In this document: positions 9,054-18,887 of the stretch, in pieces
How positions within the stretch are numbered: position 1 is the first letter of the stretch
How the letters are laid out: each line of letters opens with the position of its first letter
Source of the DNA: an uncultured Clostridia bacterium
GTDB lineage: Bacteria > Bacillota > Clostridia > Christensenellales > Aristaeellaceae
Direction: 5' to 3'
Length of the DNA: 32,000 nt
Assembly: GCA_934647235.1 (NCBI GenBank)
Contig: CAKUFG010000009.1
Location: 6,315 to 38,314, forward strand
The notes under the pieces: model-generated
The model's database searches: none
Seen by the model: the letters and a program-made list of their open reading frames with translations, nothing else
What the model was told of the DNA's origin: nothing
Made by a program: the position numbers and the translations under genes

Positions 9054-9107
9054 AAAAAACACCCCTTCGCATGGTTTTCCGTGCGGAGGGGTGCTGCTTT
9101 GCAGCTT
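9054..9107. terminator. Bidirectional terminator region between the convergent ABC operon and tlyA
   Basis: CACCCCTTCGCA (9060..9071) pairs with TGCGGAGGGGTG (9082..9093). An A-run lies on the left (a T-run for the minus strand). A second small hairpin, GCTGC-TTT-GCAGC followed by TTTTATTT, lies on the right. Confidence 0.6.
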
Positions 9108-9908
9108 TTATTTGTCCAGCGTTTCGTGCGCCTCGCGCACCAGCGCGGCGATCTGCGCGTCGTCCGGCATATCGCCCGCACCGGGACGGATATCGGCCAG
9201 AAACTCGATATTTCCCTTGGGCCCCTTGATGGGCGAATAGGTAAAGCCCGCCACATGCCAGCCGATTTCGGCGGCATATTCGCGCACATTCTGCAGCACG
9301 CGCGCATGCACGGCGGGATCGCGTACCACGCCGTTCTTGCCCACCTGGCCGCGCCCGGCTTCAAACTGCGGCTTTACCAGGGTGAGGAACCTTCCCTGCT
9401 CCCCCATAATGCCCGCCGCCACCGGCAGGATCAGCCGAATGGAAATAAAGGATACGTCCATCACCGTCAGCGTCGGCTGCAGCGGCACCATGTCGGGCGT
9501 CAGCGTGCGGGCGTTGGTACGTTCCATCACGGTGACGCGCTCATCCTGCCGCAGCTTCCAATCCAACTGCCCATAACCCACATCAATGGCGTATACATGC
9601 GCCGCGCCGTGACGCAGCAGTACATCGGTAAAGCCGCCGGCGGCAGCGCCGATATCCATAGCGACCACGCCCGTCACATCCGCGCCGAACACCGTGATCG
9701 CACGCTCAATCTTGTGCCCGCCCCGGCTGGCCAGGGAGTCCACCTCGCCGCGCAGGATCAGCTCCTGATTGTCCTCCACGGTTTCAGAAGCCTTGAGCAC
9801 CTTCTTTTCGCCGATGTAAATCTGCCCGGCCATAATCAGCGCCTGCGCTTTTTCGCGGCTGGCCGCAATGCCCCGGCTTACCAGCGCGCTGTCTACCCGC
9901 GTTTTCAT
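9108..9908 (-). CDS. tlyA: TlyA-family 16S/23S rRNA (cytidine-2'-O)-methyltransferase
   Basis: 266 aa with an N-terminal S4-like domain and an FtsJ-type SAM motif (DIGAAAGGFTDVLL). Its start overlaps the dxs stop (ATGA). Confidence 0.9.
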   Translation of the reverse strand: MKTRVDSALVSRGIAASREKAQALIMAGQIYIGEKKVLKASETVEDNQELILRGEVDSLASRGGHKIERAITVFGADVTGVVAMDIGAAAGGFTDVLLRHGAAHVYAIDVGYGQLDWKLRQDERVTVMERTNARTLTPDMVPLQPTLTVMDVSFISIRLILPVAAGIMGEQGRFLTLVKPQFEAGRGQVGKNGVVRDPAVHARVLQNVREYAAEIGWHVAGFTYSPIKGPKGNIEFLADIRPGAGDMPDDAQIAALVREAHETLDK

Positions 9909-11764
9909 GCTTTGCTCTCCTTACTCCATTGTGCAATGCGGCGTGACGCGCTCTCCGCGTCCAGCCCATGCGCGCGCAGCTGTAATGTATGATCGCCCTG
10001 CGTGGCGCACAAGCCCTCGACGCCCAGCGTCAGCAGCGGCTTGCACACGCCATGCGCGGCACGCCAGGCCGGTACCAGGCTGCTCAGTCCGCCCGATACC
10101 ACGCCTTCCTCCATTGTAACCAGCGGCGTATCCTTCAGCTGATTCAGCACGCTCTCATCCAGCGGCTGAACACAGTCCGCCGCATATACGGCGCAGCCCA
10201 GGCCCTGCTGATCCAGCAGCTCCGCCGCGCGCATGGCCTGCCCGACCATCGCGCCGCAGGCCAGGATGGCCAGATCGTCCCCTGCCCGCAGCAGCGGCCA
10301 CATGGGCGCATAGGTCTTTTCCCGCGGCCAAACAGCCACATTTTCGGTTTCCGTCTTGCCATAGCGAATAGCAGCAGGCGCATCCAGCGTCAGCGCATAG
10401 CGAATCATGGCCTGCAGCTCATCGCATGTGGCGGCGTTGAGCACCGTCAGCCCCGGCATCTGCGTCAAAAACGCATTGCCGTACACGCCCTGATGCGTCA
10501 CGCCGTCTTCAATCAGCCCCGCGCGGTCCACCAGGAAACACACCGGCAGATGCTGCTCGCACACGTCCAGCAGGATCTGATCATACGCGCGCTGCAGAAA
10601 GCTGTCGTAAATCGCCACAAATGGGCGCGCGCCGCCTGCCGCCAGGCCCGCAGCCATGGTGACGGCATGCTCCTCGGCAATGCCTACATCGTACAGGCGA
10701 TCCGGATAACGGCTGGCAAACTCGCCAAGCCCCGTGCTGCCCGTCATGGCGGCCGTCACGGCCACAATGCGGGGATCCTTTGCAGCCAGGGCGCACAGCG
10801 CGCCGCCTGCCGCCCTGCCCATGGATTTGCCCGCAGGGGTGAGCGGCTCGCCGGTATGCACATCGAAGGGCGGCGTGCCGTGCAGGCGGGTCGGATCGCT
10901 CTCCGCCTGGGAATAGCCGCGTCCCTTTTTTGTAACCACATGAATCAGCACCGGCTCGTCCAGCTGCCGCGCGCGGCGGAACAGCCGCTCCAGCCCTGAG
11001 ATATCGCGCCCATCCACCGGGCCAAGATAGTGAAAGCCCAGCGAGTCGAACAGCCGATCCTGCACAAAGATATTGCGCAGCGAATTCTTGATGCGCTGAA
11101 AGAAATCATGCAGGCTGTTGCCAACTACAGGAATACGGCGCAGAAAATCGCCGACTGCGTGCTTGGCCTCAAACCACCCCTTGCTGGAGCGCATGTGCGT
11201 AAGATATCGCGAAACCGCGCCCACGTTGCGCGAGATGCTCATGCCGTTATCGTTGAGCACCACGATCATGCGCAGCTTGCTGCTGCCCGCGTCGCTGAGG
11301 GCCTCATAGCACATGCCGCCCGTCAGCGCGCCGTCGCCCACGACGGCCACCACGTTCTGGCTGCCGCCCGAGAGGTCTCTCGCCCGCGCCATGCCGACCG
11401 CCGCCGATATGGCCGTGGATGCGTGGCCGGTATCGAAGGCGTCGTAGGGGCTTTCCTCCCTGCGGGGGAAGCCCGCCAGCCCGCCGAACTGCCGCAGGGT
11501 GTCAAAGCTGTCCGCGCGGCCCGTCAGCAGCTTATGGGCATAACACTGATGCCCCACGTCAAAAATCAAAGCGTCCTTTGGAAAGTCAAACGCGCGATGC
11601 AGGGCGATGGTCAGCTCCACCACCCCCAGGTTGGAGGCCAGATGGCCGCCGTTGCGCGACACGCTGTCGATGATGCGCGCGCGCAGCTCCTGCGCCAGCA
11701 CGGGCAGCTCCTTGCGGGACAGGCGCCTGACGTCCTCGGAAGAATGAATCCGCTCTAAAACCAT
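9905..11764 (-). CDS. dxs: 1-deoxy-D-xylulose-5-phosphate synthase
   Basis: Motifs GHQCYAHKLLTGR and GDGALTGGMCYEAL (TPP binding) are present. The start is set at ATG 11764 (MVLERIHSSEDV...), preceded by AAGGAG. The ORF-track start at 11944 is an upstream extension. Confidence 0.95.
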   Translation of the reverse strand: MVLERIHSSEDVRRLSRKELPVLAQELRARIIDSVSRNGGHLASNLGVVELTIALHRAFDFPKDALIFDVGHQCYAHKLLTGRADSFDTLRQFGGLAGFPRREESPYDAFDTGHASTAISAAVGMARARDLSGGSQNVVAVVGDGALTGGMCYEALSDAGSSKLRMIVVLNDNGMSISRNVGAVSRYLTHMRSSKGWFEAKHAVGDFLRRIPVVGNSLHDFFQRIKNSLRNIFVQDRLFDSLGFHYLGPVDGRDISGLERLFRRARQLDEPVLIHVVTKKGRGYSQAESDPTRLHGTPPFDVHTGEPLTPAGKSMGRAAGGALCALAAKDPRIVAVTAAMTGSTGLGEFASRYPDRLYDVGIAEEHAVTMAAGLAAGGARPFVAIYDSFLQRAYDQILLDVCEQHLPVCFLVDRAGLIEDGVTHQGVYGNAFLTQMPGLTVLNAATCDELQAMIRYALTLDAPAAIRYGKTETENVAVWPREKTYAPMWPLLRAGDDLAILACGAMVGQAMRAAELLDQQGLGCAVYAADCVQPLDESVLNQLKDTPLVTMEEGVVSGGLSSLVPAWRAAHGVCKPLLTLGVEGLCATQGDHTLQLRAHGLDAESASRRIAQWSKESKA

Positions 11765-11929
11765 AGCTTGCTCCTTGCCGTTTTGCCCGCTTATTATACC
11801 ATACCTGGGCGGCGCTGTAAACGCCCGGCGTTCGCGCGCATTTTCACGCTTTCCGCCCCATTGCAGGATTTTTGGCACACGGTGTAGAATAGATGTATGA
11901 TTCACTTCAGGATCAAGGAGGATCATGCC

Positions 11930-13726
11930 TTGAAATGTCCACAATGCGGGCGCTGGAACCGCGCCACGCTTGAAAAATGCTTTTACTGCGGCGCACCGCT
12001 GCCCAAGCCTGACGCGCAGAGCGCCAACATCTGGCGCAGCGAAAACAGCGATGTGCCCAAGCCGCCATCTACCGTCATTTACTCAATAGAAAACGACGAG
12101 CGCACCGTGCCGCGCCCCGACGAGCGCGATCAGCTGGCCGGCGAAATGCAAAGCCTGCACACCCGCCGCAAACGCGGCGAGGAGCAGCAGCGCCGCATCC
12201 GCCGCGACAGCCTGGCGGGCGGCTATGCGCCAACCTCCCGCAGCGTATACACGCAGTCGCGCTCCACGCGCATATACGACGCGCTGGATGATGTGGACGG
12301 CCGCGATCTGACCCCCGAGGGCGACGTCCGCCCCGACGCCATCCCGGCCCCGCCGCGTCAGGAGCCCTTCCAGTACGATGATATCGAGGAGCCGCCGGCC
12401 TATCAGCCGCTGTGGGATGACAGCTATCGCCCGCGTCCGCGCGCGCACGGCATGTCCCCGCGCAGGATGCGCCATGTCCGCGCCTTCGGCCTGCGGCGCA
12501 TTCTGCCCTATCTGGCGCTTGTGCTGCTCATCGGCGGCCTGCTGGCGTGCGGATATCTGTTCATCCTCAAGCCCGCGCGCGAAAACAAGGCCCCCTCCTT
12601 GCAGGAGCAGGCCATCATTTCCTCCTCCATCATGAACGATATGGCGGCGCACACCATCCTGATTCCCGCCGAAGAGGGCGCGCAGATCTACATCAAGGAG
12701 CTGCGCAAATCCTACATCGTCACCGGCGGCTACGTCACGGTGGAGGTGCCCGATTATCAGTGGTACGAGCTGAACAACAACATCACCACGCCCACGCTGG
12801 ACGTGACGCTGACCCCCTACATCAAAACCAGCGCGGGCGAGCAGAAGCTGATGGAGCCCATTCAGTACACCATCGACGTGCCGCTGTCCCCCATCACGCT
12901 GGTAACGCCCGATACCACCTATGTAAACGTCTCCACCTCGCCCTATGTGATCAAGTTCAAGGTAGAGCAGAACTCCACCGTGTTCATCAACGGCGAGGAT
13001 TATTCCAGCTTCGTCAACACCCAGGATGGCTACATCAGCTACAACGCCACGGTGCAGGCCATTGGCGAAAACAAGTTTGAAATCGTGGTCAACTGCCAGT
13101 ATTACCGCGAAAACCGCATCACGCTGACGCTGTACCGCGCGCCGCAGGATATCCCGCTGGAGCTGAGCTCCACCCTGGGCAGCACCAGCGCCCAAAGCCT
13201 GATGACCATCCGCGGCACGACCATTCCGGGCGCTACGATCACCATTTCCACGCCCTATCAGGATCTGGACACCTCCAGCCTGAACGCCACGGGCGATTTC
13301 TCCTTCCAGGCGCAGTTCAACAAGATCGGCACCAATACCATCATCATCACCGCCGAGAAGGACGGCCACAGCGCCACGCTGACAAAGGATGTGTACTATG
13401 TGCCCTATTCCAGCACCTACACGCCCAAGGCTTGGCCCATGGATGCAACCAACTACATCGAGTATCTGAACAACACTGCCATGCGCGTAGCGCGCACGCA
13501 GATTTATCTGTGCCAGGGCACCATTGTTGAAATCCTGAGCAACAAGCCGCAGCTGGCCCTGATGGATACCGACGAATCCGAAAGCGGCGAACGGCTGGTG
13601 CTGCTTGAAAACATGTCCAGCGATACCTGGGTGGTGGGCGAGCGCTATCGCGTATACGCCGACGCCTACGGCGTGTATGACGGCAAGCCGCGCCTGGTGG
13701 GCCGCTATACCTACGATCCAAGATAA
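11930..13726 (+). CDS. Hypothetical single-pass membrane protein: N-terminal zinc ribbon, disordered R/P/D/E-rich linker, TM helix, extracellular Ig-like beta-rich repeats
   Basis: Contains CPQCGRWNRATLEKCFYCG (a CxxC...CxxC ribbon) and the TM helix ILPYLALVLLIGGLLACGYLFIL, followed by about 370 aa of beta-rich repeats. The likely start is TTG 11930, 8 nt after AAGGAGG. The in-frame ATG at 11897 has no SD. No family is recognised. Confidence 0.65.
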   Translation: MKCPQCGRWNRATLEKCFYCGAPLPKPDAQSANIWRSENSDVPKPPSTVIYSIENDERTVPRPDERDQLAGEMQSLHTRRKRGEEQQRRIRRDSLAGGYAPTSRSVYTQSRSTRIYDALDDVDGRDLTPEGDVRPDAIPAPPRQEPFQYDDIEEPPAYQPLWDDSYRPRPRAHGMSPRRMRHVRAFGLRRILPYLALVLLIGGLLACGYLFILKPARENKAPSLQEQAIISSSIMNDMAAHTILIPAEEGAQIYIKELRKSYIVTGGYVTVEVPDYQWYELNNNITTPTLDVTLTPYIKTSAGEQKLMEPIQYTIDVPLSPITLVTPDTTYVNVSTSPYVIKFKVEQNSTVFINGEDYSSFVNTQDGYISYNATVQAIGENKFEIVVNCQYYRENRITLTLYRAPQDIPLELSSTLGSTSAQSLMTIRGTTIPGATITISTPYQDLDTSSLNATGDFSFQAQFNKIGTNTIIITAEKDGHSATLTKDVYYVPYSSTYTPKAWPMDATNYIEYLNNTAMRVARTQIYLCQGTIVEILSNKPQLALMDTDESESGERLVLLENMSSDTWVVGERYRVYADAYGVYDGKPRLVGRYTYDPR

Positions 13727-13744
13727 AAGCAAAAGCGCTTCATA

Positions 13745-13786
13745 AAAAAGCAGCGGGCGGAGAGTCTTTCTCCGTCCGCTGTTTGC
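13745..13786. terminator. Bidirectional terminator between convergent genes
   Basis: CAGCGGGCGGAGAG pairs with CTCCGTCCGCTG, flanked by an A-run on the left and TTTG on the right. Confidence 0.6.
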
Positions 13787-13794
13787 TGCGCAGT

Positions 13795-15003
13795 TTACTT
13801 GCGCTGCTTCTTCGTCTTTCTGCGGATCACACGAATGATCACAATCACCACGCCCAGCGCCGCCAGCCAGGGCAGCGCCGCCACAAAGAACACCGCGAAG
13901 CCCTGCGCCGCGCGGCCGGCCGCCTCCAGAGAGGCCTTTACCGCGTTGGCAATGCGCTGTCCCAGGGGCACGTTTTCCTCCTCCACGGCCTCGGCGTTGG
14001 ACAGCTCCCGGATGGTCACATACACATAGGAGTTGTTCACGCGGCTGTCATAGCCGTTCAGCTGACCGGTGTAGGAGTCGATCATGTACTGGGTGTCGCT
14101 GATCGCGTTTTCCAGCTCGATCAGGTCGCTGGTCGTCTCGGCCTTTTCCATCAGCTGCAGAAGCCGCGCCATCTTGGTTTTCTGCGTATCCAGGCGGGAC
14201 TGCACATCGTAGTAGGTGTCGCTTACATCGTCGCTGCTATCGGAATAATTGCTCACGCCGCCGATATCGTTGGCCCCAGCCACAAAGGCGTCCAGCTTTT
14301 CAGACGGGATGCGCAGCGTCAGATTGGCCCGGCGCAGGCTGCCCGCGCTTCGATCTCCAGACATGTTCAGGCTTTCCACCGTGCCGCCGTAAGTGCTCAC
14401 CAGCGTGCTCAGCGCCGCGTAGGCCGCATCATACTGCTGGGTGCGGATGGTGAAATTGACCGTGCGGATGATCTTGCTGGTCTGCTCCGCAGCCGCCTGC
14501 GGGGCCGCGCTCTCATTGATGCTGCCCAGGGCGGCGGACTTGAGCATATAGCCGCCCGCGCTTGTATTCTCATCGCTGAAGCCCGCGCCGCTGTCGTAGT
14601 CGGCCGTCATGCTATATTGGTAGGCATCGTCCGATGCACGGTACTGCGCGGCAGGCTTGCTGCTCTCCATCCCCCAGCCGTTCAGCGTGCTGATTGCCGT
14701 GCCGCCCGCCACAAAGATCACCGCCGCTGCGGTGGCCAGCGCGCGCTTCCAGGGGAAACGCCGCTTCTCGTTCTGCTCGTTCATCCGTCTCTCCTCCTCA
14801 CGAATCATGGCTCGCCATCCCTGCGAGAAGGTCTCGGGCACAGTTTCATCCGCATCCATCCCTTGCATATCGCGCTGGATCTGCAGCGCCAGCGCGCAAT
14901 CCGGGCACTGCGCAGCGTGCTGTTCCATTTCATCCCGCTGCGCCTGCGTCAGCTTCTCCCAGGGGGTATCGAGAAGCAAGGCAAATGCTTTACAATCCAT
15001 CAT
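13795..15003 (-). CDS. Anti-sigma factor: zf-HC2-like N-terminus, TM, DUF4349 extracellular domain, C-terminal TM
   Basis: N-terminus has H-x3-C-x2-C (EQHAAQCPDC). The central and C-terminal region (NFTIRTQQYD..., RIPSEKLDAF..., coiled segment, final TM) fits DUF4349. It is translationally coupled (ATGA) to the upstream ECF sigma gene. Confidence 0.8.
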   Translation of the reverse strand: MMDCKAFALLLDTPWEKLTQAQRDEMEQHAAQCPDCALALQIQRDMQGMDADETVPETFSQGWRAMIREEERRMNEQNEKRRFPWKRALATAAAVIFVAGGTAISTLNGWGMESSKPAAQYRASDDAYQYSMTADYDSGAGFSDENTSAGGYMLKSAALGSINESAAPQAAAEQTSKIIRTVNFTIRTQQYDAAYAALSTLVSTYGGTVESLNMSGDRSAGSLRRANLTLRIPSEKLDAFVAGANDIGGVSNYSDSSDDVSDTYYDVQSRLDTQKTKMARLLQLMEKAETTSDLIELENAISDTQYMIDSYTGQLNGYDSRVNNSYVYVTIRELSNAEAVEEENVPLGQRIANAVKASLEAAGRAAQGFAVFFVAALPWLAALGVVIVIIRVIRRKTKKQRK

Positions 15004-15575
15004 TTTTGCCTCCCTTCATTTTCTTTGACGGATGGGCGGCCGTTTTGTTCCGCCTGTTTTACAAAATTTTTCACTTTTTCACGGGCTCGGTTGATGCGGC
15101 TCTTGATCGTGCCCTCAGGCTGCTGCAGGGCGTCGGCGATCTCCTCGTAGGATAGCTGCTGGAACTCGCGCAGCACCAGCGCGGCGCGCTGATCCTCGGG
15201 CAGCTGCTCCATGGCCTGCTTGACCAGTTCACAGCGCTCCTTGTGCTCCAATTGCTCATACGCGCGCTCGGCTGCTGCATCGGGCACGTCGAAGCCGCCC
15301 TCGCGCAGGGTATCCAGCGATACCACGCCGCGCCGGCGGCGCAGCTCATCTATACAGGTATTATAGGCAATGCGATAGAGCCATGTTTTGGGGCTGGCGT
15401 CGTCGCGGAACCGGTCAAAGGCGCGGAACGCGCGCAGCAGCGCCTCCTGGGCGCAATCCTGCGCATCCTCGCGGCTGCCCATCATGCGCAGGCACAGCAG
15501 ATAAATCGGGCGCTCATACTCCGCCGCCATCGCCTCAAACTGCTCCGCGCGGCTGCGCGGATGAAACAGACTCAT
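15000..15575 (-). CDS. ECF-type RNA polymerase sigma-70 family factor
   Basis: 191 aa with region 2 (DAQDCAQEALLRAFRAFDRF...TWLYRIAYNTCID) and region 4 (LREFQQLSYEEIADALQQPEGTIKSRINRAR). The start is set at ATG 15575, preceded by AAAGGAAG. Confidence 0.9.
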   Translation of the reverse strand: MSLFHPRSRAEQFEAMAAEYERPIYLLCLRMMGSREDAQDCAQEALLRAFRAFDRFRDDASPKTWLYRIAYNTCIDELRRRRGVVSLDTLREGGFDVPDAAAERAYEQLEHKERCELVKQAMEQLPEDQRAALVLREFQQLSYEEIADALQQPEGTIKSRINRAREKVKNFVKQAEQNGRPSVKENEGRQK

Positions 15576-15608
15576 GCCGTCACTTCCTTTCTTGCTTACG
15601 GTTTGCTC

Positions 15609-15617
15609 ATTATAGCA
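15609..15617 (-). promoter_or_regulatory. Extended -10 element upstream of the ECF sigma operon
   Basis: The minus strand reads TGCTATAAT about 35 nt upstream of the sigma start. Confidence 0.35.
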
Positions 15618-15649
15618 GAAATCTGCAAAAAGTGCGAGTAAAATGTTAT

Positions 15650-15678
15650 TTGACAATCTCTGCCTGAAATATTATACT
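15650..15678 (+). promoter_or_regulatory. Sigma-A type promoter for galE
   Basis: TTGACA (15650..15655), 17-nt spacer, TATACT (15673..15678). Confidence 0.5.
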
Positions 15679-15708
15679 ATACCCGGATCAAAAAGAGGAG
15701 GGGTTTCC

Positions 15709-16728
15709 ATGCGTTTTTTGCTCACCGGCGGCGCCGGCTATATCGGCTCCCACACCTGCGTCAGCCTGCTGGATGCGGGCCACGAAGTGGTCGTATTGGA
15801 TAATTTTGTCAATAGCTGTCCCGAGGCCATTGCCCGTGTGGAAAAGATCACCGGCAAGTCCATCACCCTGCACGAGGGCGATTGCTGCGACGCGGCGTTT
15901 GTCAGCAGCGTTTTTGATAAGGAGCATATCGACGGCGTGGTGCACTTTGCGGGCCTGAAGGCTGTGGGCGAATCCGTGCGCATCCCGCTCAATTATTATC
16001 AGAACAACCTGGGCGCTACCATGACGCTGTGCCGCGTGATGGCGGAGCACCATGTAAAGCGCATTGTATTTTCCAGCTCCGCCACCGTGTACGGCGACAG
16101 CAAGGAAGTGCCCTTCAACGAAAGTCTGCCCATGGGCGAGTGCACCAATCCCTACGGCTGGACCAAATGGATGAGCGAGCGAATTATGCGCGATATGGCC
16201 TTTGCTGATCCCGAGTGGACGGTGGTACTGCTGCGCTACTTCAACCCCGTCGGCGCGCATGAGAGCGGCCTGATCGGCGAGGATCCCTCCGGTATTCCCA
16301 ACAACCTGATGCCCTTCATCTGTCAGACAGCAGCCGGCGTGCGCGACAGGCTGAGCATCTTCGGCAACGATTATCCCACCCCGGACGGCACCTGCGTGCG
16401 CGATTACATCCATGTGATGGATCTTGCGGACGGCCATGTAAAGGCGCTGGAATACGCCATGGATCATCAGGGCACCGAGATCTTCAACCTGGGCACCGGC
16501 GAGGGCTACAGCGTATATCAGATGGTAGCTGCCTTTGAGCGCGCCAACCACCTGACCCTCCCCCATGTGGACGCGCCGCGCCGGCCGGGCGATATCGCCG
16601 TATCCTATGCCGATCCCGCCAAGGCCAGGGCCGTGCTGCACTGGCAGGCCAAGCGCACGCTGGACGATATGTGCCGCGATGCGTGGAACTGGCAGTCCCG
16701 CAATCCGCACGGCTATCGCAAGGCGTAA
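15709..16728 (+). CDS. galE: UDP-glucose 4-epimerase
   Basis: 339 aa starting MRFLLTGGAGYIGSH (Rossmann GxxGxxG), with catalytic YxxxK (PYGWTKWM). RBS is GAGGAGGGG. The ORF-track start at 15643 is an extension. Confidence 0.95.
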   Translation: MRFLLTGGAGYIGSHTCVSLLDAGHEVVVLDNFVNSCPEAIARVEKITGKSITLHEGDCCDAAFVSSVFDKEHIDGVVHFAGLKAVGESVRIPLNYYQNNLGATMTLCRVMAEHHVKRIVFSSSATVYGDSKEVPFNESLPMGECTNPYGWTKWMSERIMRDMAFADPEWTVVLLRYFNPVGAHESGLIGEDPSGIPNNLMPFICQTAAGVRDRLSIFGNDYPTPDGTCVRDYIHVMDLADGHVKALEYAMDHQGTEIFNLGTGEGYSVYQMVAAFERANHLTLPHVDAPRRPGDIAVSYADPAKARAVLHWQAKRTLDDMCRDAWNWQSRNPHGYRKA

Positions 16729-16769
16729 TCGCTTGCGTTAATCAAACAATCAATCTAAGAATAGCCAAA

Positions 16770-16793
16770 CAGCCATCCCGCTTGGGATGGCTG
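16770..16793. terminator. Bidirectional terminator between galE and the convergent ABC operon
   Basis: CAGCCATCCC-GCTT-GGGATGGCTG is a perfect 10-bp stem, flanked by AAA on the left and CTTATTA on the right. Confidence 0.6.
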
Positions 16794-16815
16794 CTTATTA
16801 TCCGTAATTTTCGCC

Positions 16816-17757
16816 TTACCTTGCCCCTTTATCGTAGGGAACGCCCTCCGCCTTGGGCGCGCGGGAGTTCTTGGAGGTCAGGATCAGCACGATCAGGGAG
16901 AAGATATAAGGCAGCATGTTGTACACGTTGCTGGGCAGGTTCAGCCGCTGCAGGAAATCAAAGCCCGTGTACACATTGCCCAGCGCGCGGAAGAAGCCAA
17001 ACAGCAGCGCCGCCAGGGCGATGCGGATGGGCTTCCACTGGCCGAAGATCATCACCGCCAGCGCCAGGAAGCCAAAGCCGGCCACGCCGTTTTCAAACTT
17101 CCATTCGCTCACGCCTGCGGTGATATACACCAGGCCGCCGATGCCGCCCAGCAGGCCGGAAATCAGCACGCCCGCATAGCGCATCTTATACACATTGATG
17201 CCCACCGAGTCCGCCGCCTGCGGATGCTCGCCGCACGCCTGCAGGCGCAGGCCAAAGCGCGTTTTGTTCAGCACCACATAGCTGGCAATCAGCAGAATCA
17301 GCGCCAGCAGCATGAACCAGTTGAACTCAAAGCTGCCGATATTGACCAGGAAGGCCTTCTTGGCGTTGATATACTGGATGGTGGAGGACACGTTGTCGGG
17401 GTTGGCGGCCGTGTTCAGGGCCTTTACGATGACCGTCGCCAGCGCCGTGCCCATCAGGTTCATCGCCGTGCCAACCAGCGTCTGATCGGCGCTGAAGTTG
17501 ATGGCCGCCACAGCCAGCAGCAGGGAATAAAGCATGCCGAAGATCACCGCAGCCAGGATGGACAGGCTGATTACCGTCAGCGCGGAAGCGCCCACGGGCA
17601 GCCATTTCATCATCAGCGCGCCGCCCAGCGCGCCAAACACCATGATGCCCTCCAGGCCGATGTTGATCACGCCCGAATGCTCGGAGAAGCAGCCGCCCAG
17701 CGCAACCAGCATCAATACGGAAGCAAAGATGAGCATGTACTGAATCAGCAGGATCAT
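16816..17757 (-). CDS. ABC transporter permease (BMP/nucleoside-type, YufQ/NupQ-like)
   Basis: 313 aa, polytopic, and last gene of an SBP-ATPase-permease-permease operon. Its start overlaps the stop of the upstream permease. Confidence 0.88.
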   Translation of the reverse strand: MILLIQYMLIFASVLMLVALGGCFSEHSGVINIGLEGIMVFGALGGALMMKWLPVGASALTVISLSILAAVIFGMLYSLLLAVAAINFSADQTLVGTAMNLMGTALATVIVKALNTAANPDNVSSTIQYINAKKAFLVNIGSFEFNWFMLLALILLIASYVVLNKTRFGLRLQACGEHPQAADSVGINVYKMRYAGVLISGLLGGIGGLVYITAGVSEWKFENGVAGFGFLALAVMIFGQWKPIRIALAALLFGFFRALGNVYTGFDFLQRLNLPSNVYNMLPYIFSLIVLILTSKNSRAPKAEGVPYDKGAR

Positions 17758-18887
17758 TGCTTATCGCCTCCCTTTTCAAGCGCCGCGCGCTTCTCGTTGG
17801 CCTTGGCGATGCGGCTGTTCATAAAGCGGCGGATAAAGAGCACAAAGCCGCACAGGTAGATAATCACAGAGGAAATGAAATCCGAAATCTGGGAGCAGTA
17901 CATGGTCTTATCCACATACGCGCCGCCGTTGGTGATATGCTGGATGAAGAAGGACGCGAAGATCGTGCCGATGGGACTCAGGCCGCCCAGGAAAGCAGCG
18001 GCGATGCCGTTGAAGCCCATCGCCGGGACGGAGGACTGCGTGCAGCTCCACTCCTCAAAGCCGGTCAGATACAGCATGGCCGCGCCCGCGCCCGCCAGCG
18101 CGCCCGCAATGGCCATGGCCAGGATGATATTGAACTTTCCTCGCATGCCGCAGTACTTGGCCGCGTGACGGTTCAGACCCGTGGCGCGCAGCTCGTAGCC
18201 CAGGCGCGTCTTGGCCAGCAGCACCCAGATGGCAATGGCGCACAGGATGGCCAGCGGGATGGCGATGGTCACGTTGGCGTTGTTGTTAAACAGCTTTTCC
18301 AGGCCCAGGCTGGGCAGCGCCGCAGCAGCGTTGGTACGCCTGAGGTTCAGCGTGTAGGGGCTGGTGGGGTCCTTCACCTGGGACAGCAGAGTGTTGACCG
18401 TGTAGAGGCTGATCCAGTTGAGCATGATGCAGGAAATAACCTCGTTTACGTTGCAATACGCCTTGAGCGCGCCGGAGATGGCGCCCAGCATCGCGCCGCA
18501 CACGATGGCCGCCAGCAGGCACACCCACCAGGGCAGCTGCAGCGCCAGCGCACAGTACAGGCTTGCGCCCGCGCCGGCCACATACTGGCCCGCCGCGCCG
18601 ATATTGAACAGGCCTACCTTATAGGCAAACAGCACCGACAGCGCGCACATCAGCAGCGGCGCGGTCTTTACCAGCGTGGAGCCCAGATATTTCAGCTGGG
18701 TCTTGGGGCGGCTGTAGGTCCAGAAATTCTTCAGAACCGTCAGGATGGCCTCCGTCGCGCCGGAGGGATTGATAATCAGCAGCGCGACATAGCCGATCAG
18801 CACGCCTGCGACAATGCACAGCAGCGATGCAAGCAGCGTCTGCACTGCAGGGATCTGCAGCCAAGAAGTATGCTTTTTATTTTGCAC
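17754..18887 (-). CDS. ABC transporter permease (YufP/NupP-like)
   Basis: 377 aa, polytopic. Overlaps the ATPase gene 3' end by 11 nt. Confidence 0.88.
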   Translation of the reverse strand: MQNKKHTSWLQIPAVQTLLASLLCIVAGVLIGYVALLIINPSGATEAILTVLKNFWTYSRPKTQLKYLGSTLVKTAPLLMCALSVLFAYKVGLFNIGAAGQYVAGAGASLYCALALQLPWWVCLLAAIVCGAMLGAISGALKAYCNVNEVISCIMLNWISLYTVNTLLSQVKDPTSPYTLNLRRTNAAAALPSLGLEKLFNNNANVTIAIPLAILCAIAIWVLLAKTRLGYELRATGLNRHAAKYCGMRGKFNIILAMAIAGALAGAGAAMLYLTGFEEWSCTQSSVPAMGFNGIAAAFLGGLSPIGTIFASFFIQHITNGGAYVDKTMYCSQISDFISSVIIYLCGFVLFIRRFMNSRIAKANEKRAALEKGGDKQ

